Source of the DNA: Candidatus Avigastranaerophilus sp.
Lineage (GTDB): Bacteria > Muiribacteriota > Ozemobacteria > Ozemobacterales > Ozemobacteraceae
DNA: 48,342 bases
NCBI GenBank assembly: GCA_045639725.1
Contig: JAZUDR010000018.1
Location: 1 to 48,342, forward strand
Direction: 5' to 3'
Every line of letters begins with the position of its first letter. The stretch's first letter is position 1. A program made the position numbers and the translations under genes. Below are positions 18,409-28,596 of this stretch, piece after piece. The notes under the pieces are model-generated. The model made no database searches and had not been told where the DNA came from. It saw nothing but the letters and a program-made list of their open reading frames with translations.

Positions 18409-20955
18409 GTGCTTAAAAAGTGGCTTCGCAAAAAAGGTTCGGCATACCTGATGGCCATCGGGGTTCTCGGGGTATTGACTATTGTCGGCGTTATGGTTTC
18501 CAAGATGACCACCTCCGGTCGTTGGAATACTATTTTAACGAGTAATGAAAAACGTGCCGAAGAATGTGCTGAAGCAGCTTCTAATATGGCGTTCAAAATA
18601 GTTAAAGATAACATGAACGACTATAACTGCTTTTGGAAGCTATTTTCGAAGCCTACAGAATTATTGCATAGCTGGTTCTTATATTTCAGATTGCCGGCTA
18701 TGGTTGCTCAGGCTTATTGTGACCCGATTAGCTTTAAAGATGCCAAGGCAAATGGTTTTGACGTTCAGTTAGACCTCTTTAATAATGCTTTGTTTAAGCC
18801 GCTTTACGAAGTAGGGATGACCTATATCTATGATACTGTTTCTCCTGACCCCAAGGCTCCATTGGCACCTCTCAAAAGCATGTGCGAATCAATGGGTGGG
18901 CGTGTAAGAATTACAACCACAGGTAGAATTAAAAAGGCCTTCGGCATTCTTGCTGACGGTCCGGATTACATTGTTGGTGGTGTCGAAGTTCCTTTGCGTA
19001 AGGTTACTGGTTTTCTTAGTAATATTTTTGATAAAGTAAAAATTAAAGGAACTGAAATAACTACTAAGGTTGAAGGTAAGCTCGGAAAAAGCCTTACTAG
19101 TGATGAAAACGAACAGCCTAATATTGACCTTTTAAACTTTTTGCCAGATAAACCACTTTTAAAAGCACCAGATATATCTGATTGGACTGTTATTGTGGAA
19201 GGGTTTCCGGCACCAATCGGTTGGTTGTTGCAACCTCTTCTTGATAAAATTTTTGCAAAAATATGTGAAGCAGCGGACCTTACTCCTCAGGGGCTTGCAA
19301 AGAAAATTTTTAAAGATACATTCCAGTTCAGCATTGACTTCAGTGCTATTACGGACAGAATTGAAGAAGCTATTCATAATTGTCTGCCAGAATGTTTACA
19401 AGCTTTTGCCGGTAACATAAGCTGGGATGTGACAGTTGAAAAACAGGGCGTTTTTGAAATAGAAACAGTTGTTGAATATACTCCTAATTATCCTGATGGA
19501 AAAACAATTGTTAAAAAGCTTATTACACAACGTGAATTCAGAGTTGCAGACATACAGCCTATAGCACCTGATTATACTTTTTTCCTGGCTAATTCAACTC
19601 TTTTGTATGAAAATGCAGGTCTGGAAAATGCTGATAATTGGGCAGGTGATGACGAGATTAGCTGGAATGATGGCAATGGTGACATGGTAATCCATAATAT
19701 GCCGTCATTAAAAGAAATTTGGGGTTCTATAAAAAATCTCTTCTCTTTTGATCTTAAAGAGCTTTGCCGTGAACTTCAACTTCCGGGACTTGTCAGAGTT
19801 AACGGAACCCATAAAATGCCAGTGAAGATTACGATGTTTCCTAAGTTTGCCTTAGACGTTGATATTTTGAAAAAAATGGAAATAGTCAGCCTGCTTTTGG
19901 GGCATAAAGAAGGTAATACAGACTGTCATGGTTCACATCCATCTGACGACAGCGATGATGAACATAATGTTATTCCGGGTATGGATAGTGTTACATATAA
20001 TTTCTTAGCCAAAGGAAAACCATTTGACTGGGGTTATTTCGGTGGTGGTTCTCCTGGTGGGAATGGGTCTTATTGGTTGCCAATACCACCAAGATTTGGT
20101 AGAACTTTATTATTTGGTAATTTCCATTTGGAATTCCCATTCTCTTTACGCACAGAAGGCTATTTAACCAAGGTTTATAGCCACATTAAGATGCTTTTGG
20201 TAAAGATTTACATTCCGCCGATTCCTATTATTGGTTTTCTCGGGATGGATATTCCGATTCCATGGTTCTGGGCTACTGCTCATGAAGAACCATATGGATT
20301 TTGCCGCTATCCTCCATATGAAAAGGAAGATGATGCAAAAGAAGCATGGGACCCCAAAGAAGCCGGTAACCTGCCTGCCAATATTTATTCTCCGGCTCAG
20401 TATCTGAAAAAAGCCAGCTATTTTTATAATTCATCTGCTGAATTCAATAAAGATATTGATAACAGATCTATCGAATATAATGGTCAGAAGACTTTTATAT
20501 GCGATGGTGTTACTTTTGTTAACGATAATCTGAGATTGAAAAAAATGCATGTCATGGGAAGAGGCATGATTATATCGGCTGCCAATATACATATTGACGG
20601 TGATATAACCCGTGAGGATTTCGACAAAGACGGTAATGCGACAATATTCTCTATTGTTGCAAGAAATGGCGCTATTATTAGTGGCTTCTCCAAACGAAGC
20701 ATAACTGCTTGTTGCTTTGCAGACAGAGGGGTTCAGATTCCTATGGGCGGCGGTTTAACTATCCATGGTAACCTTTGTGTAAATAGATTTAATCGTTCTG
20801 ATATAAACGGTGATCTTGATGTATATTATGAATCATGTCACTGTAGGAGTTCATTACTTTCAATGATTAAGCTTATTTCAAAGTATGATCCTACTCGATA
20901 TTATGTAACATTTAGCTCTAAACTGTCTTCTTTCCAGTTTGTGAAACCACATTGA
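18409..20955 (+). CDS. Large PilX/GspK-like minor pilin
   Basis: Class III signal KKG|SAYLMAIGVLGVL lacking Glu5, PilX-like A..CAEAA helix, C-terminal beta-helix-like repeats; 848 aa. Confidence 0.6.
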   Translation: MLKKWLRKKGSAYLMAIGVLGVLTIVGVMVSKMTTSGRWNTILTSNEKRAEECAEAASNMAFKIVKDNMNDYNCFWKLFSKPTELLHSWFLYFRLPAMVAQAYCDPISFKDAKANGFDVQLDLFNNALFKPLYEVGMTYIYDTVSPDPKAPLAPLKSMCESMGGRVRITTTGRIKKAFGILADGPDYIVGGVEVPLRKVTGFLSNIFDKVKIKGTEITTKVEGKLGKSLTSDENEQPNIDLLNFLPDKPLLKAPDISDWTVIVEGFPAPIGWLLQPLLDKIFAKICEAADLTPQGLAKKIFKDTFQFSIDFSAITDRIEEAIHNCLPECLQAFAGNISWDVTVEKQGVFEIETVVEYTPNYPDGKTIVKKLITQREFRVADIQPIAPDYTFFLANSTLLYENAGLENADNWAGDDEISWNDGNGDMVIHNMPSLKEIWGSIKNLFSFDLKELCRELQLPGLVRVNGTHKMPVKITMFPKFALDVDILKKMEIVSLLLGHKEGNTDCHGSHPSDDSDDEHNVIPGMDSVTYNFLAKGKPFDWGYFGGGSPGGNGSYWLPIPPRFGRTLLFGNFHLEFPFSLRTEGYLTKVYSHIKMLLVKIYIPPIPIIGFLGMDIPIPWFWATAHEEPYGFCRYPPYEKEDDAKEAWDPKEAGNLPANIYSPAQYLKKASYFYNSSAEFNKDIDNRSIEYNGQKTFICDGVTFVNDNLRLKKMHVMGRGMIISAANIHIDGDITREDFDKDGNATIFSIVARNGAIISGFSKRSITACCFADRGVQIPMGGGLTIHGNLCVNRFNRSDINGDLDVYYESCHCRSSLLSMIKLISKYDPTRYYVTFSSKLSSFQFVKPH

Positions 20956-20963
20956 GGCGAATT

Positions 20964-21434
20964 ATGAAAACAAAACACGGTGTAACACTTGTTGAAATTA
21001 CGCTAGCTGCACTTATCCTTGTAACAGCTATTATTCCTCTCATTACTATGAGTCATAACGATGCTTCCAAAGCTGTGGAAACCGAAAAGATACAGATGGC
21101 TGAACGTATTCTGGAAAGTGTTAAAAGCGAATTAATGACAACTAAATTTAACACTTTTTATGAACGTGGCGAATTGGAAAACCCTGATAAGAACTATGCA
21201 GGACCTTTTGTTCTCTCAGACGGTTATTTCCCGTCTGCATTATCCGAAGTTGTAAAGGTTCAGCAGCAATATAAGGATTTTGAAGTTATTGGAACCTGGA
21301 GCTATGTTGTTGATGATTCAGGAAAGCCAGATAAAACTATGGTGCAGGCTGAAGTATCATGTAGCTTCTCTCGTCCTGTTCCTGGACATGACCCGATTAT
21401 CAGAAAAAAGGCTTTTTTGATTGTTAAGCCTTGA
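20964..21434 (+). CDS. Prepilin-type N-terminal cleavage/methylation protein (PilV/GspI-like)
   Basis: KHG|VTLVEITLAALIL. ATG 20964 follows GAGG. Confidence 0.8.
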   Translation: MKTKHGVTLVEITLAALILVTAIIPLITMSHNDASKAVETEKIQMAERILESVKSELMTTKFNTFYERGELENPDKNYAGPFVLSDGYFPSALSEVVKVQQQYKDFEVIGTWSYVVDDSGKPDKTMVQAEVSCSFSRPVPGHDPIIRKKAFLIVKP

Positions 21435-21448
21435 TTGGAGACATTGAT

Positions 21449-22609
21449 ATGAGAAAAATAAAAGGCATTACCCTTGTTGAAATAATGGTAACAATTTTTA
21501 TTTTGGGAATTATTTCAGTTCCGATTTATTTCCTGCTAGAGGATTCCAATAAAAAAGCTAATATTGCTGTTGCAAGAGATAATATCAAACAGGAAGCAAA
21601 TAAGGTATTTACTATTCTTGAAAATGATATAACTCAGGCTAGAAAACCAGATGAAGAAGATAGGGATAAAGGGGTAAAATCTCTTACCTTTACAGCTGAT
21701 TCTGTTATTATGCAGGTAAGAAGACCTGAAGCTGAAGAAGAAGAAAAAAAAATCAGTAAAATGTTTACTGGGGTTAAGCAGAATAATGAATTGAAATATA
21801 GATTCATTAAACCGCAATTACACCGCTTCTTAGGCGATAAATGCTGGTTGGTTTCTAAATACGTTGATGAATTTGATATTTCGCCGTCTATTGACGGTTC
21901 TGCTGGTAAATATGTTGTCAGTCTTACCATGAAATCTAACATGATAGGTTTAAAAGATGACGAACAGCCAACCTACCATCAGGAAAAAATAATCGTCTGC
22001 ATGGAAGAAGCGACAGAAAAGAATGACCCATTCTGGCGTGAAGTTGGCGATGTGAATAAATTTTTCGTAACAGAAGGAAATATTCTAGCAGGTTTAAAAG
22101 AAGATGCAAGTCAGTTAATAGAAAATTTTGCTCAGACTTTTGGGGAAGCCTTAGGTGATATTGAGAATATGACTATTGGGCAACTTAGAGAAACTGTAGA
22201 CAGCCTTAAGAAAAATCTCTCTGATGTTAAAACAAATATTGCAGATATCAATAAAGATATAAAAGACCTTGATTGGGAAGCAATGTATGAAAGAAATGGT
22301 GTTATGGGTGAAATAGGTGGATTTTTCACTGGTAATACCAATAAGAAGAAAAGAGAAGCCGCGAACAAGGTAAAGCAAAAAATAGCTAGTTTGTCATCGT
22401 TGGATGACTTCGCCAAAAATTCTTTTGAAAGCATAAAAAGCAGTGCCAAGAAAGGCATGGATGAAACGGCTATTAAAGCTATGTATGATTCTAAGAAGCA
22501 ACTTTATGAAGCAAGATCACAGATATTGGAAAATCTTGAAACTGTGAAATCGCAAACCACAGAAGATTTGGGAATTGGCGATCTTACTGATTTAATCACT
22601 GATTTATAA
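21449..22609 (+). CDS. Prepilin-type protein (PilW/GspJ-like) with long C-terminal helical extension
   Basis: KG|ITLVEIMVTIFIL, pilin-like head, then about 180 aa of coiled-coil / amphipathic sequence. ATG 21449 follows GGAG. Confidence 0.75.
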   Translation: MRKIKGITLVEIMVTIFILGIISVPIYFLLEDSNKKANIAVARDNIKQEANKVFTILENDITQARKPDEEDRDKGVKSLTFTADSVIMQVRRPEAEEEEKKISKMFTGVKQNNELKYRFIKPQLHRFLGDKCWLVSKYVDEFDISPSIDGSAGKYVVSLTMKSNMIGLKDDEQPTYHQEKIIVCMEEATEKNDPFWREVGDVNKFFVTEGNILAGLKEDASQLIENFAQTFGEALGDIENMTIGQLRETVDSLKKNLSDVKTNIADINKDIKDLDWEAMYERNGVMGEIGGFFTGNTNKKKREAANKVKQKIASLSSLDDFAKNSFESIKSSAKKGMDETAIKAMYDSKKQLYEARSQILENLETVKSQTTEDLGIGDLTDLITDL

Positions 22610-22640
22610 AATAATTCTAATATGTTTACAATATGATGAA

Positions 22641-24500
22641 TTATTGCTCCAATAAAAACTCAAGAGCAAGCTTTGCTTTAAATAATTCATTTTCGTCTTC
22701 AAATTTTGGATTAATACCTTGATGGTCTAAGGCTGCTGCAAGAATAGGTGTTGTGGTGGCCATTATGATATCAGAATTGGTTACATCTGTTTCCCCTGTA
22801 TAAATTAAACAGGCTTGATATATTTCCGGATTGGGAGCTTCTCCACCGCCTTTAATCCAAAGAATGCGTGCTTTTTCGTGGTTATTTTCAAATTTCCATG
22901 CATAGCAGGCTGATAAGAAAATAGTGTCATTAAAATATAGATTGTTTTTATTTAGAAATTTTAATTCCTTAATTACAGTCTGCCATTCTTTTATATCCAT
23001 ATATTCGCCTGTAAGAGCGATGTTGGTAAATCCAACTATTTTTATTCTAATTGCCTGCAAATTGATAGGATCTTCGCTTAATACCAGGTTTGACCATAGA
23101 ATCTGTTCTTCATCGTAACCGAGTCTGGAGCAGGCAAATGCATTTAATAATCTGTCTTCCTTCCAAGTTGATTTGTCTGCTGCTTCAAAATAGCTGGAAA
23201 AAGATATAAAACAACAAATAGTAGCTATTATTGCATTTTTTAAATTAATTATTTCGAAAAATTTATATCTGAATACTCCAGAACCCAAGATAACCAATAA
23301 TGGTGTTATTGGAAGTCTAAAGCGAGAACTTACATAAAATGCAATTATTCCCAGACCTAAGAAAAATATGGAAATTAATATTATTTTAAATTTAATTATT
23401 TCATTATTTTCTAATTTAAGATTTGTCAGGCTGATAAATAATAAAATAATTAATATCCCGTAGCAAATAGGATTATAGTGGAGAGCGGGGGTAATTGATT
23501 TGTGAAAACTAAATGTTTTATTGTTATACTGTTCAAAATTATTAAATAAATAGTAAACTTTTTTGGATATTAATTTAATCCAATTTGTTGGATTTGAGGC
23601 TATTTCAGTAATAGTTTTTCTTAACCAGAATTTGTTAAACTCATTTATGTTTAAAGGTGGCTTATTCCCAGTTTCCTTAGAATAAATCAATTCTGCTTCA
23701 AGCCTTGCTGGATTTGTGCCTAGTGCCCTGTCTGGAAGATGAATTGTCTGACGATAATATTTCCCATTAGCGTATGGGCTATTTGCTGAATAAATATTAG
23801 ACGCACCTTGCCATGGTAATAATTTGAATTGGCCAGAATGATTGTAGCAGGCTAGTCCGCCTAATAAAAACATAAATGCTACTGCAAAAATAGATAATAA
23901 TGTATTTTTTAATTCGTTTTTTTGATAAATGGGGTAGGCTATATAGATTATGCCAAAAGGTAATAGGTTGCTGCGCATTAAACCGCCTATGCCCAACAGA
24001 ATACCACTTAAAACAAACCATCTTTTCTCTTGGGTATCAATCGCTTTTAGGTATGTGAATAATGAACCAAGCATAAATGTCATTGAAATTGTTGTGTCTA
24101 GCGGTTCTCCAGCAAAAAATACTGCTGGAGGATACAATCCGTAAATGATAATTGCCATTGTTGCGGCATTATTATTTTTCCATATGTTTTTTACGCATAG
24201 AAAAACAAGAAAAGTACTAATAAAATGGAATAATATTCCAAAAAAGCTAGCTATTAAAAACAGTTCATTTGGATAGTAAAAACCTAGTGAGCATGGAATC
24301 GACAATAAGGCTGGATACAGCATTGAGCGGAAAAATGGCTCTTTGGGTAATGTTCCGGCAGAAATCTGCGTAGCTAGAGTAATATTTTCTGCTCCGTCTA
24401 ATACCGGAGTTTGTCCTAGTGGAGTTCTCCAAAAATAAAATAAATAAAGCAACCCATAAATAATTACAATGATAAATGCAATTTTTATGTGTTGCTTCAT
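22641..24500 (-). CDS. GT-C fold membrane glycosyltransferase (ArnT/PMT-like) with helical C-terminal domain
   Basis: First-loop P.LD motif, PFF..LYP, about 11-12 TM segments, late F...R.R.P motif. Confidence 0.75.
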   Translation of the reverse strand: MKQHIKIAFIIVIIYGLLYLFYFWRTPLGQTPVLDGAENITLATQISAGTLPKEPFFRSMLYPALLSIPCSLGFYYPNELFLIASFFGILFHFISTFLVFLCVKNIWKNNNAATMAIIIYGLYPPAVFFAGEPLDTTISMTFMLGSLFTYLKAIDTQEKRWFVLSGILLGIGGLMRSNLLPFGIIYIAYPIYQKNELKNTLLSIFAVAFMFLLGGLACYNHSGQFKLLPWQGASNIYSANSPYANGKYYRQTIHLPDRALGTNPARLEAELIYSKETGNKPPLNINEFNKFWLRKTITEIASNPTNWIKLISKKVYYLFNNFEQYNNKTFSFHKSITPALHYNPICYGILIILLFISLTNLKLENNEIIKFKIILISIFFLGLGIIAFYVSSRFRLPITPLLVILGSGVFRYKFFEIINLKNAIIATICCFISFSSYFEAADKSTWKEDRLLNAFACSRLGYDEEQILWSNLVLSEDPINLQAIRIKIVGFTNIALTGEYMDIKEWQTVIKELKFLNKNNLYFNDTIFLSACYAWKFENNHEKARILWIKGGGEAPNPEIYQACLIYTGETDVTNSDIIMATTTPILAAALDHQGINPKFEDENELFKAKLALEFLLEQ

Positions 24501-24503
24501 TAG

Positions 24504-26636
24504 TTAGGCTATTTGTTTTACAGAGTTTTCTGCTGTATTTGAGTTATTTACTGTATCAGCTGTTGCACTTTTAAGTAATCTTGCGCTGTTCAATACAACA
24601 AAAACAGGACCAAGATTGTGGGCCACAGCACCAAATATTGGGCTTATAAAACCAGCTGCTGCTAATAACATCATAAAGATACTAAAACCAGAGCCTATGA
24701 GTATATTCTGATTTATTATTCTTCTAGTTAGGCTAGACAGCGTAAACATGGTTGGCAGATTTGCCATGTTACTACCATTAAGGGCGATGTCTGCATTCTG
24801 GATGGCGATGTCCGAGCCACCGTGGGCAATAGCAACACCACAGTCACTAGCTTTCAGGGCCAGAGCGTCGTTGATGCCGTCACCAACAAACATTACTCTG
24901 CGTCCTTCGGCTTTCTTTGCATTGATGTAGTCAAGTTTATCCTGTGGAACACATTCAGCTATGACTTCATCAAAACCAAGTTGTTGGCCTATTGCTTCAC
25001 CAATCTGTTTCTTATCACCTGTTAAAAGAACAAAATGTTTTACGCCAAGTTCTCTGACAGTACTTATTGCGTCTTTCATTTCTGGTCTTGGTTTATCTGA
25101 GAAGAAAATTTGACCGATTATCTGTTTGTTATTAGCTACCCAAACGGAGATAGTGCTATCAGATTCTGAGGCGGCAGGAACAGATGATAAGCCAGCATCT
25201 TCGCATATCCAGGCTTGTTTCCCTAAATAATACTTGAGTCCATCTTTTTCAGTAGTGACACCCTTGCCATGGATTTCCTGCTGACCAGTATGAACTGGTA
25301 TTTCTATACCATTTTTGTGCATATAAGCAATAATAGCTTCAGAAACAGGGTGATGTGAACCACTGGCGCACAAAGCGGCTTGTTTAAGTAGTTCGTCATC
25401 TTCGATGTCAGCTTGTGGAACTATTTTTTCCAGCTCTAATTTCCCTAAGGTAACTGTCCCTGTCTTATCGAATACCATGGTATCAATATCTGCGAGAATT
25501 TCAAGGAATGCAGTATTCTTTATCATGATACCAAATTTTGATGCATGAACAAGAGCAGCAATCATAGCTGTTGGACTAGCTAGAATTAATGCACATGGGC
25601 AACTTAATACAAGTATTGCAACAGCACGATTAATATCACCAGTTACAAAGAGTGTAATTGCTGCAACCATTATGACAAGAGGGAAATAAAGGTCTAAGTA
25701 TTTTTCAATAATTTTAACTATTGGAGCTTTTGATTTTTCAGCGTCCTTTAATAAGGTTACAATTTTGTTGAATACGCTGTCAGAGGATAGGGCAGTGACT
25801 TTTATCAAAAGCTTCCCACTAAGGTTAATTGTGCCTGCAAATACCTTTGAACCTGGAAAAGCGTCAACTGGGAGAGATTCACCTGTGATTGGTGCTTGAT
25901 TTATTGACGAATCTCCTTCGGTAATCATACCGTCTGTTGCTATTGTTTCACCAGGATAGCATACAACAATATCGTCTATCTTAAGTTCAGATAATTCAAC
26001 ATGAACTTCTTTCCCGTCTTTTAATACCGTAGCGTCATGGGAGTTTAACTTTTGAAGTGAAGCAATGGCTTCTTCGATCCCCATAATGCTCTTTTCTTCA
26101 AGAAAGTGTCCAAATACAAGAATAACAGGAATAATTGTTGCTACAACAAAGTCCTTCTGCATCATGGCTGCAAGAATAGCAAGACTGACAAGCTGTTCTG
26201 TCATGAACTTAGATTCTTTGCTGAATAAACCTTCCAGACCACTCCAGAATACTGGTATTGCAACAAATATGGCTGCAATAGCCAGAATTACCTGAGACAT
26301 TTGTTGCTGTTCAGGATAAATAAATTGGTAAATAAGACCGGAAATAAGCAATACTATTGCAAAAATAGAATTGCTTAAACGTAATTTTAGAATATTATTC
26401 AAGCCTACGGAATGTGCATCTTCATGTGAATGTCCATGATGGTGTCCACAATTACAACCAATTATATGCTCATGCTCTTCATGATTGCAACCGCATCCGT
26501 CACTGTGCTCATGATGACAAGAGCATTCATGTTCATGGTCGTGATTGTGTTCATGATTGTGGTGTTCGCAGCCACATTCATGTTTATGGTCATGCTTGCA
26601 GTTTTCTTCGTTGTTAATATGTTCGTGCTTTTCCAT
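24504..26636 (-). CDS. Heavy-metal translocating P1B-type ATPase with His/Cys-rich N-terminus
   Basis: TGES, SCPCAL, FDKTGT, HP, TGD and GDGINDA motifs; His-rich N-terminus with four CxC motifs. Confidence 0.93.
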   Translation of the reverse strand: MEKHEHINNEENCKHDHKHECGCEHHNHEHNHDHEHECSCHHEHSDGCGCNHEEHEHIIGCNCGHHHGHSHEDAHSVGLNNILKLRLSNSIFAIVLLISGLIYQFIYPEQQQMSQVILAIAAIFVAIPVFWSGLEGLFSKESKFMTEQLVSLAILAAMMQKDFVVATIIPVILVFGHFLEEKSIMGIEEAIASLQKLNSHDATVLKDGKEVHVELSELKIDDIVVCYPGETIATDGMITEGDSSINQAPITGESLPVDAFPGSKVFAGTINLSGKLLIKVTALSSDSVFNKIVTLLKDAEKSKAPIVKIIEKYLDLYFPLVIMVAAITLFVTGDINRAVAILVLSCPCALILASPTAMIAALVHASKFGIMIKNTAFLEILADIDTMVFDKTGTVTLGKLELEKIVPQADIEDDELLKQAALCASGSHHPVSEAIIAYMHKNGIEIPVHTGQQEIHGKGVTTEKDGLKYYLGKQAWICEDAGLSSVPAASESDSTISVWVANNKQIIGQIFFSDKPRPEMKDAISTVRELGVKHFVLLTGDKKQIGEAIGQQLGFDEVIAECVPQDKLDYINAKKAEGRRVMFVGDGINDALALKASDCGVAIAHGGSDIAIQNADIALNGSNMANLPTMFTLSSLTRRIINQNILIGSGFSIFMMLLAAAGFISPIFGAVAHNLGPVFVVLNSARLLKSATADTVNNSNTAENSVKQIA

Positions 26637-27709
26637 TAGTCTTCACTTTCATAATAACCGTTTTGAGTGGTTATATTCGTCTGAACAGAACCATTCATAC
26701 CAAGTAGCAGACTGACATTGCCTTTTGCTGCTTTTTCGTCAGGAAATAGAATAACATTACCTGAGTTGGTTATCAGACTCTTGATCGTATTTGTTTTCAT
26801 TTCGTGACTAACTTCATCAGGATTCTGCTGGTAAGCTTTATACATTTTCTCAAATTTGCCTGCTTCGGATTCTGCTTTGGCTAGAAGGTTTTCTCTATAT
26901 GCCATGGCATCATTGATTTGCTTTTCACAATTGCTTTGGGCTTCAGGAAGCTTAGTGGCTTTTAGATTTTTTGCTTTGTTTATGAATTGATGCTGGTCAA
27001 CATAAGCAGACTGAACATCTTCGAAGTCAAATGCTAAGAAAGGTGGCGGCATCATTTCAGATATTTCAAGTGATACTATTTCTAAGCCAGATTCTATGTC
27101 ATCGAGTTTTTTCTGAACCTGCGTCTTAACTTGTTCTGAAAGATCTTTCTTATCCTTGGTTAAAATGCCATCAATTGTAAAACGGCATGAGACACTAGTC
27201 ATTTCGGCTACAACAAGATCGTATAGTAAATCTTCATGAGCGCCAATGTCTGTCCTGAATCGGAAAATCATTTTTAAAGGATCATTGATTTGGTATTTTA
27301 CAATTACGGATGTCTGAAAAATATTTTCGTCACCAGTGATGCAGTAGCCTTCCAAGGTTGGATCAATGGTAGAAATATTACCTTCCTCATCTTTGTGAAG
27401 GTTCTTTTTGGCAGCAAGTTCTTTTATTTCCATCTGAAGAACTTTTTTGGCCGGTAATTTTATAACAGAGTCGAATGGACGTGGTAAAGCAAATATCCAA
27501 CCAGGCTCATGTATCTGGTCAACATTTTCCTGACCTACTATTTTGCCCATACGCATTATTATGCCTATTTCTTCGGGCTTTACTAATGTGATACCTGAGA
27601 AAAGATATGCAATGAAAACAACAACCATAAAGCCTTTGATAAGGCTCATAAAATCGTTAATTGTTTTTAATAACGGAGTTTGAACTTCCGTTTTGTTATT
27701 TTGATTCAT
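26636..27709 (-). CDS. hflK: HflK-like SPFH protein
   Basis: Single TM, SPFH domain (ITGDENI, MPP..FEDVQSA), HflK-type coiled coil. Start uncertain (27709, 27721 or 27733). Confidence 0.75.
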   Translation of the reverse strand: MNQNNKTEVQTPLLKTINDFMSLIKGFMVVVFIAYLFSGITLVKPEEIGIIMRMGKIVGQENVDQIHEPGWIFALPRPFDSVIKLPAKKVLQMEIKELAAKKNLHKDEEGNISTIDPTLEGYCITGDENIFQTSVIVKYQINDPLKMIFRFRTDIGAHEDLLYDLVVAEMTSVSCRFTIDGILTKDKKDLSEQVKTQVQKKLDDIESGLEIVSLEISEMMPPPFLAFDFEDVQSAYVDQHQFINKAKNLKATKLPEAQSNCEKQINDAMAYRENLLAKAESEAGKFEKMYKAYQQNPDEVSHEMKTNTIKSLITNSGNVILFPDEKAAKGNVSLLLGMNGSVQTNITTQNGYYESED

Positions 27710-28586
27710 TTTCTGTTCCATATAGTGCATCAAATGGAGACTGATCGCTTCTTAGAATAAATACAGAATTCTTTTCAGACATTTTTTCAATGGCTTCAAG
27801 ACTCTTTGTAAATTTATAGAAATCTCTGCCTTTTTTATGAGCATTGGCATAAATTTCGGCGGCTTCACGATCGGCTTCACCTTTTATTTCTGCAGATTTT
27901 CTAGTTGCTTCAGCTGTAATTTTGGCGATTTCCAAATCAGTTTCTGAAAGGATTATTGCAGCTTGTTTGCGTCCTTCTGCTCTATATTCAGAAGCATATA
28001 AAGCACGTTCTGCGCGCATTTCCTTAAAGATGGCTTCAATGTTGTTTTCGGGGTAAGCAAGTCGCTTTATGCCTAGGGTTTCAATTCCTATACCGAAGTT
28101 ATCACTTGCTTGTTGTTTTACCGCTTCTAGTATCTGGGCTTCAATTTCAGAAATTTTTAACTGGTCTGGCTTTGTTGAAACTAGATTATTTAGGTCATAA
28201 TTCCCTAATACGTTGTTCTTTGAACTTGATACCATGCCTTCAAGCTTTTCTTCAGCACTTCTAGTATTCCCTACGGCCTGAAGGAATTTTAATGGGTCAT
28301 CAACTTTCCAGATAATGTAAGAAAGCAGAATAATAGACTTTTTATCCTTAGTGAGTGTCTGTGTGAATTTGGTATTATAGACTTTACGGCGGCAGTCGAA
28401 GAAATAGGCTTTGTCGACAGGCCATGGCCATGTTATATAAGGTCCTGCTTCTGTAACTACACGTTCTGGTTTCCCAAAATGAGTTATTACAGCGCTATAG
28501 CCTTCCGGTAACGGTAATACTATTGTTTGGAATAGTATGAGACTGAATAGCAACAGAGCTAGCATTATTCTTAACCAGTAATGCAT
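27696..28586 (-). CDS. hflC: HflC-like SPFH protein
   Basis: TLTKDKK, W.V.DPLKF, MRAER..A..YRAEG and FY.F.KSLEA, as in HflC. Confidence 0.85.
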   Translation of the reverse strand: MHYWLRIMLALLLFSLILFQTIVLPLPEGYSAVITHFGKPERVVTEAGPYITWPWPVDKAYFFDCRRKVYNTKFTQTLTKDKKSIILLSYIIWKVDDPLKFLQAVGNTRSAEEKLEGMVSSSKNNVLGNYDLNNLVSTKPDQLKISEIEAQILEAVKQQASDNFGIGIETLGIKRLAYPENNIEAIFKEMRAERALYASEYRAEGRKQAAIILSETDLEIAKITAEATRKSAEIKGEADREAAEIYANAHKKGRDFYKFTKSLEAIEKMSEKNSVFILRSDQSPFDALYGTENESK

Positions 28587-28596
28587 ATAATCACCT

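Noticed and set aside
17928-18614. 228-aa minus-strand ORF
   Set aside because: Antisense to two well-supported genes and crosses a terminator and a promoter.
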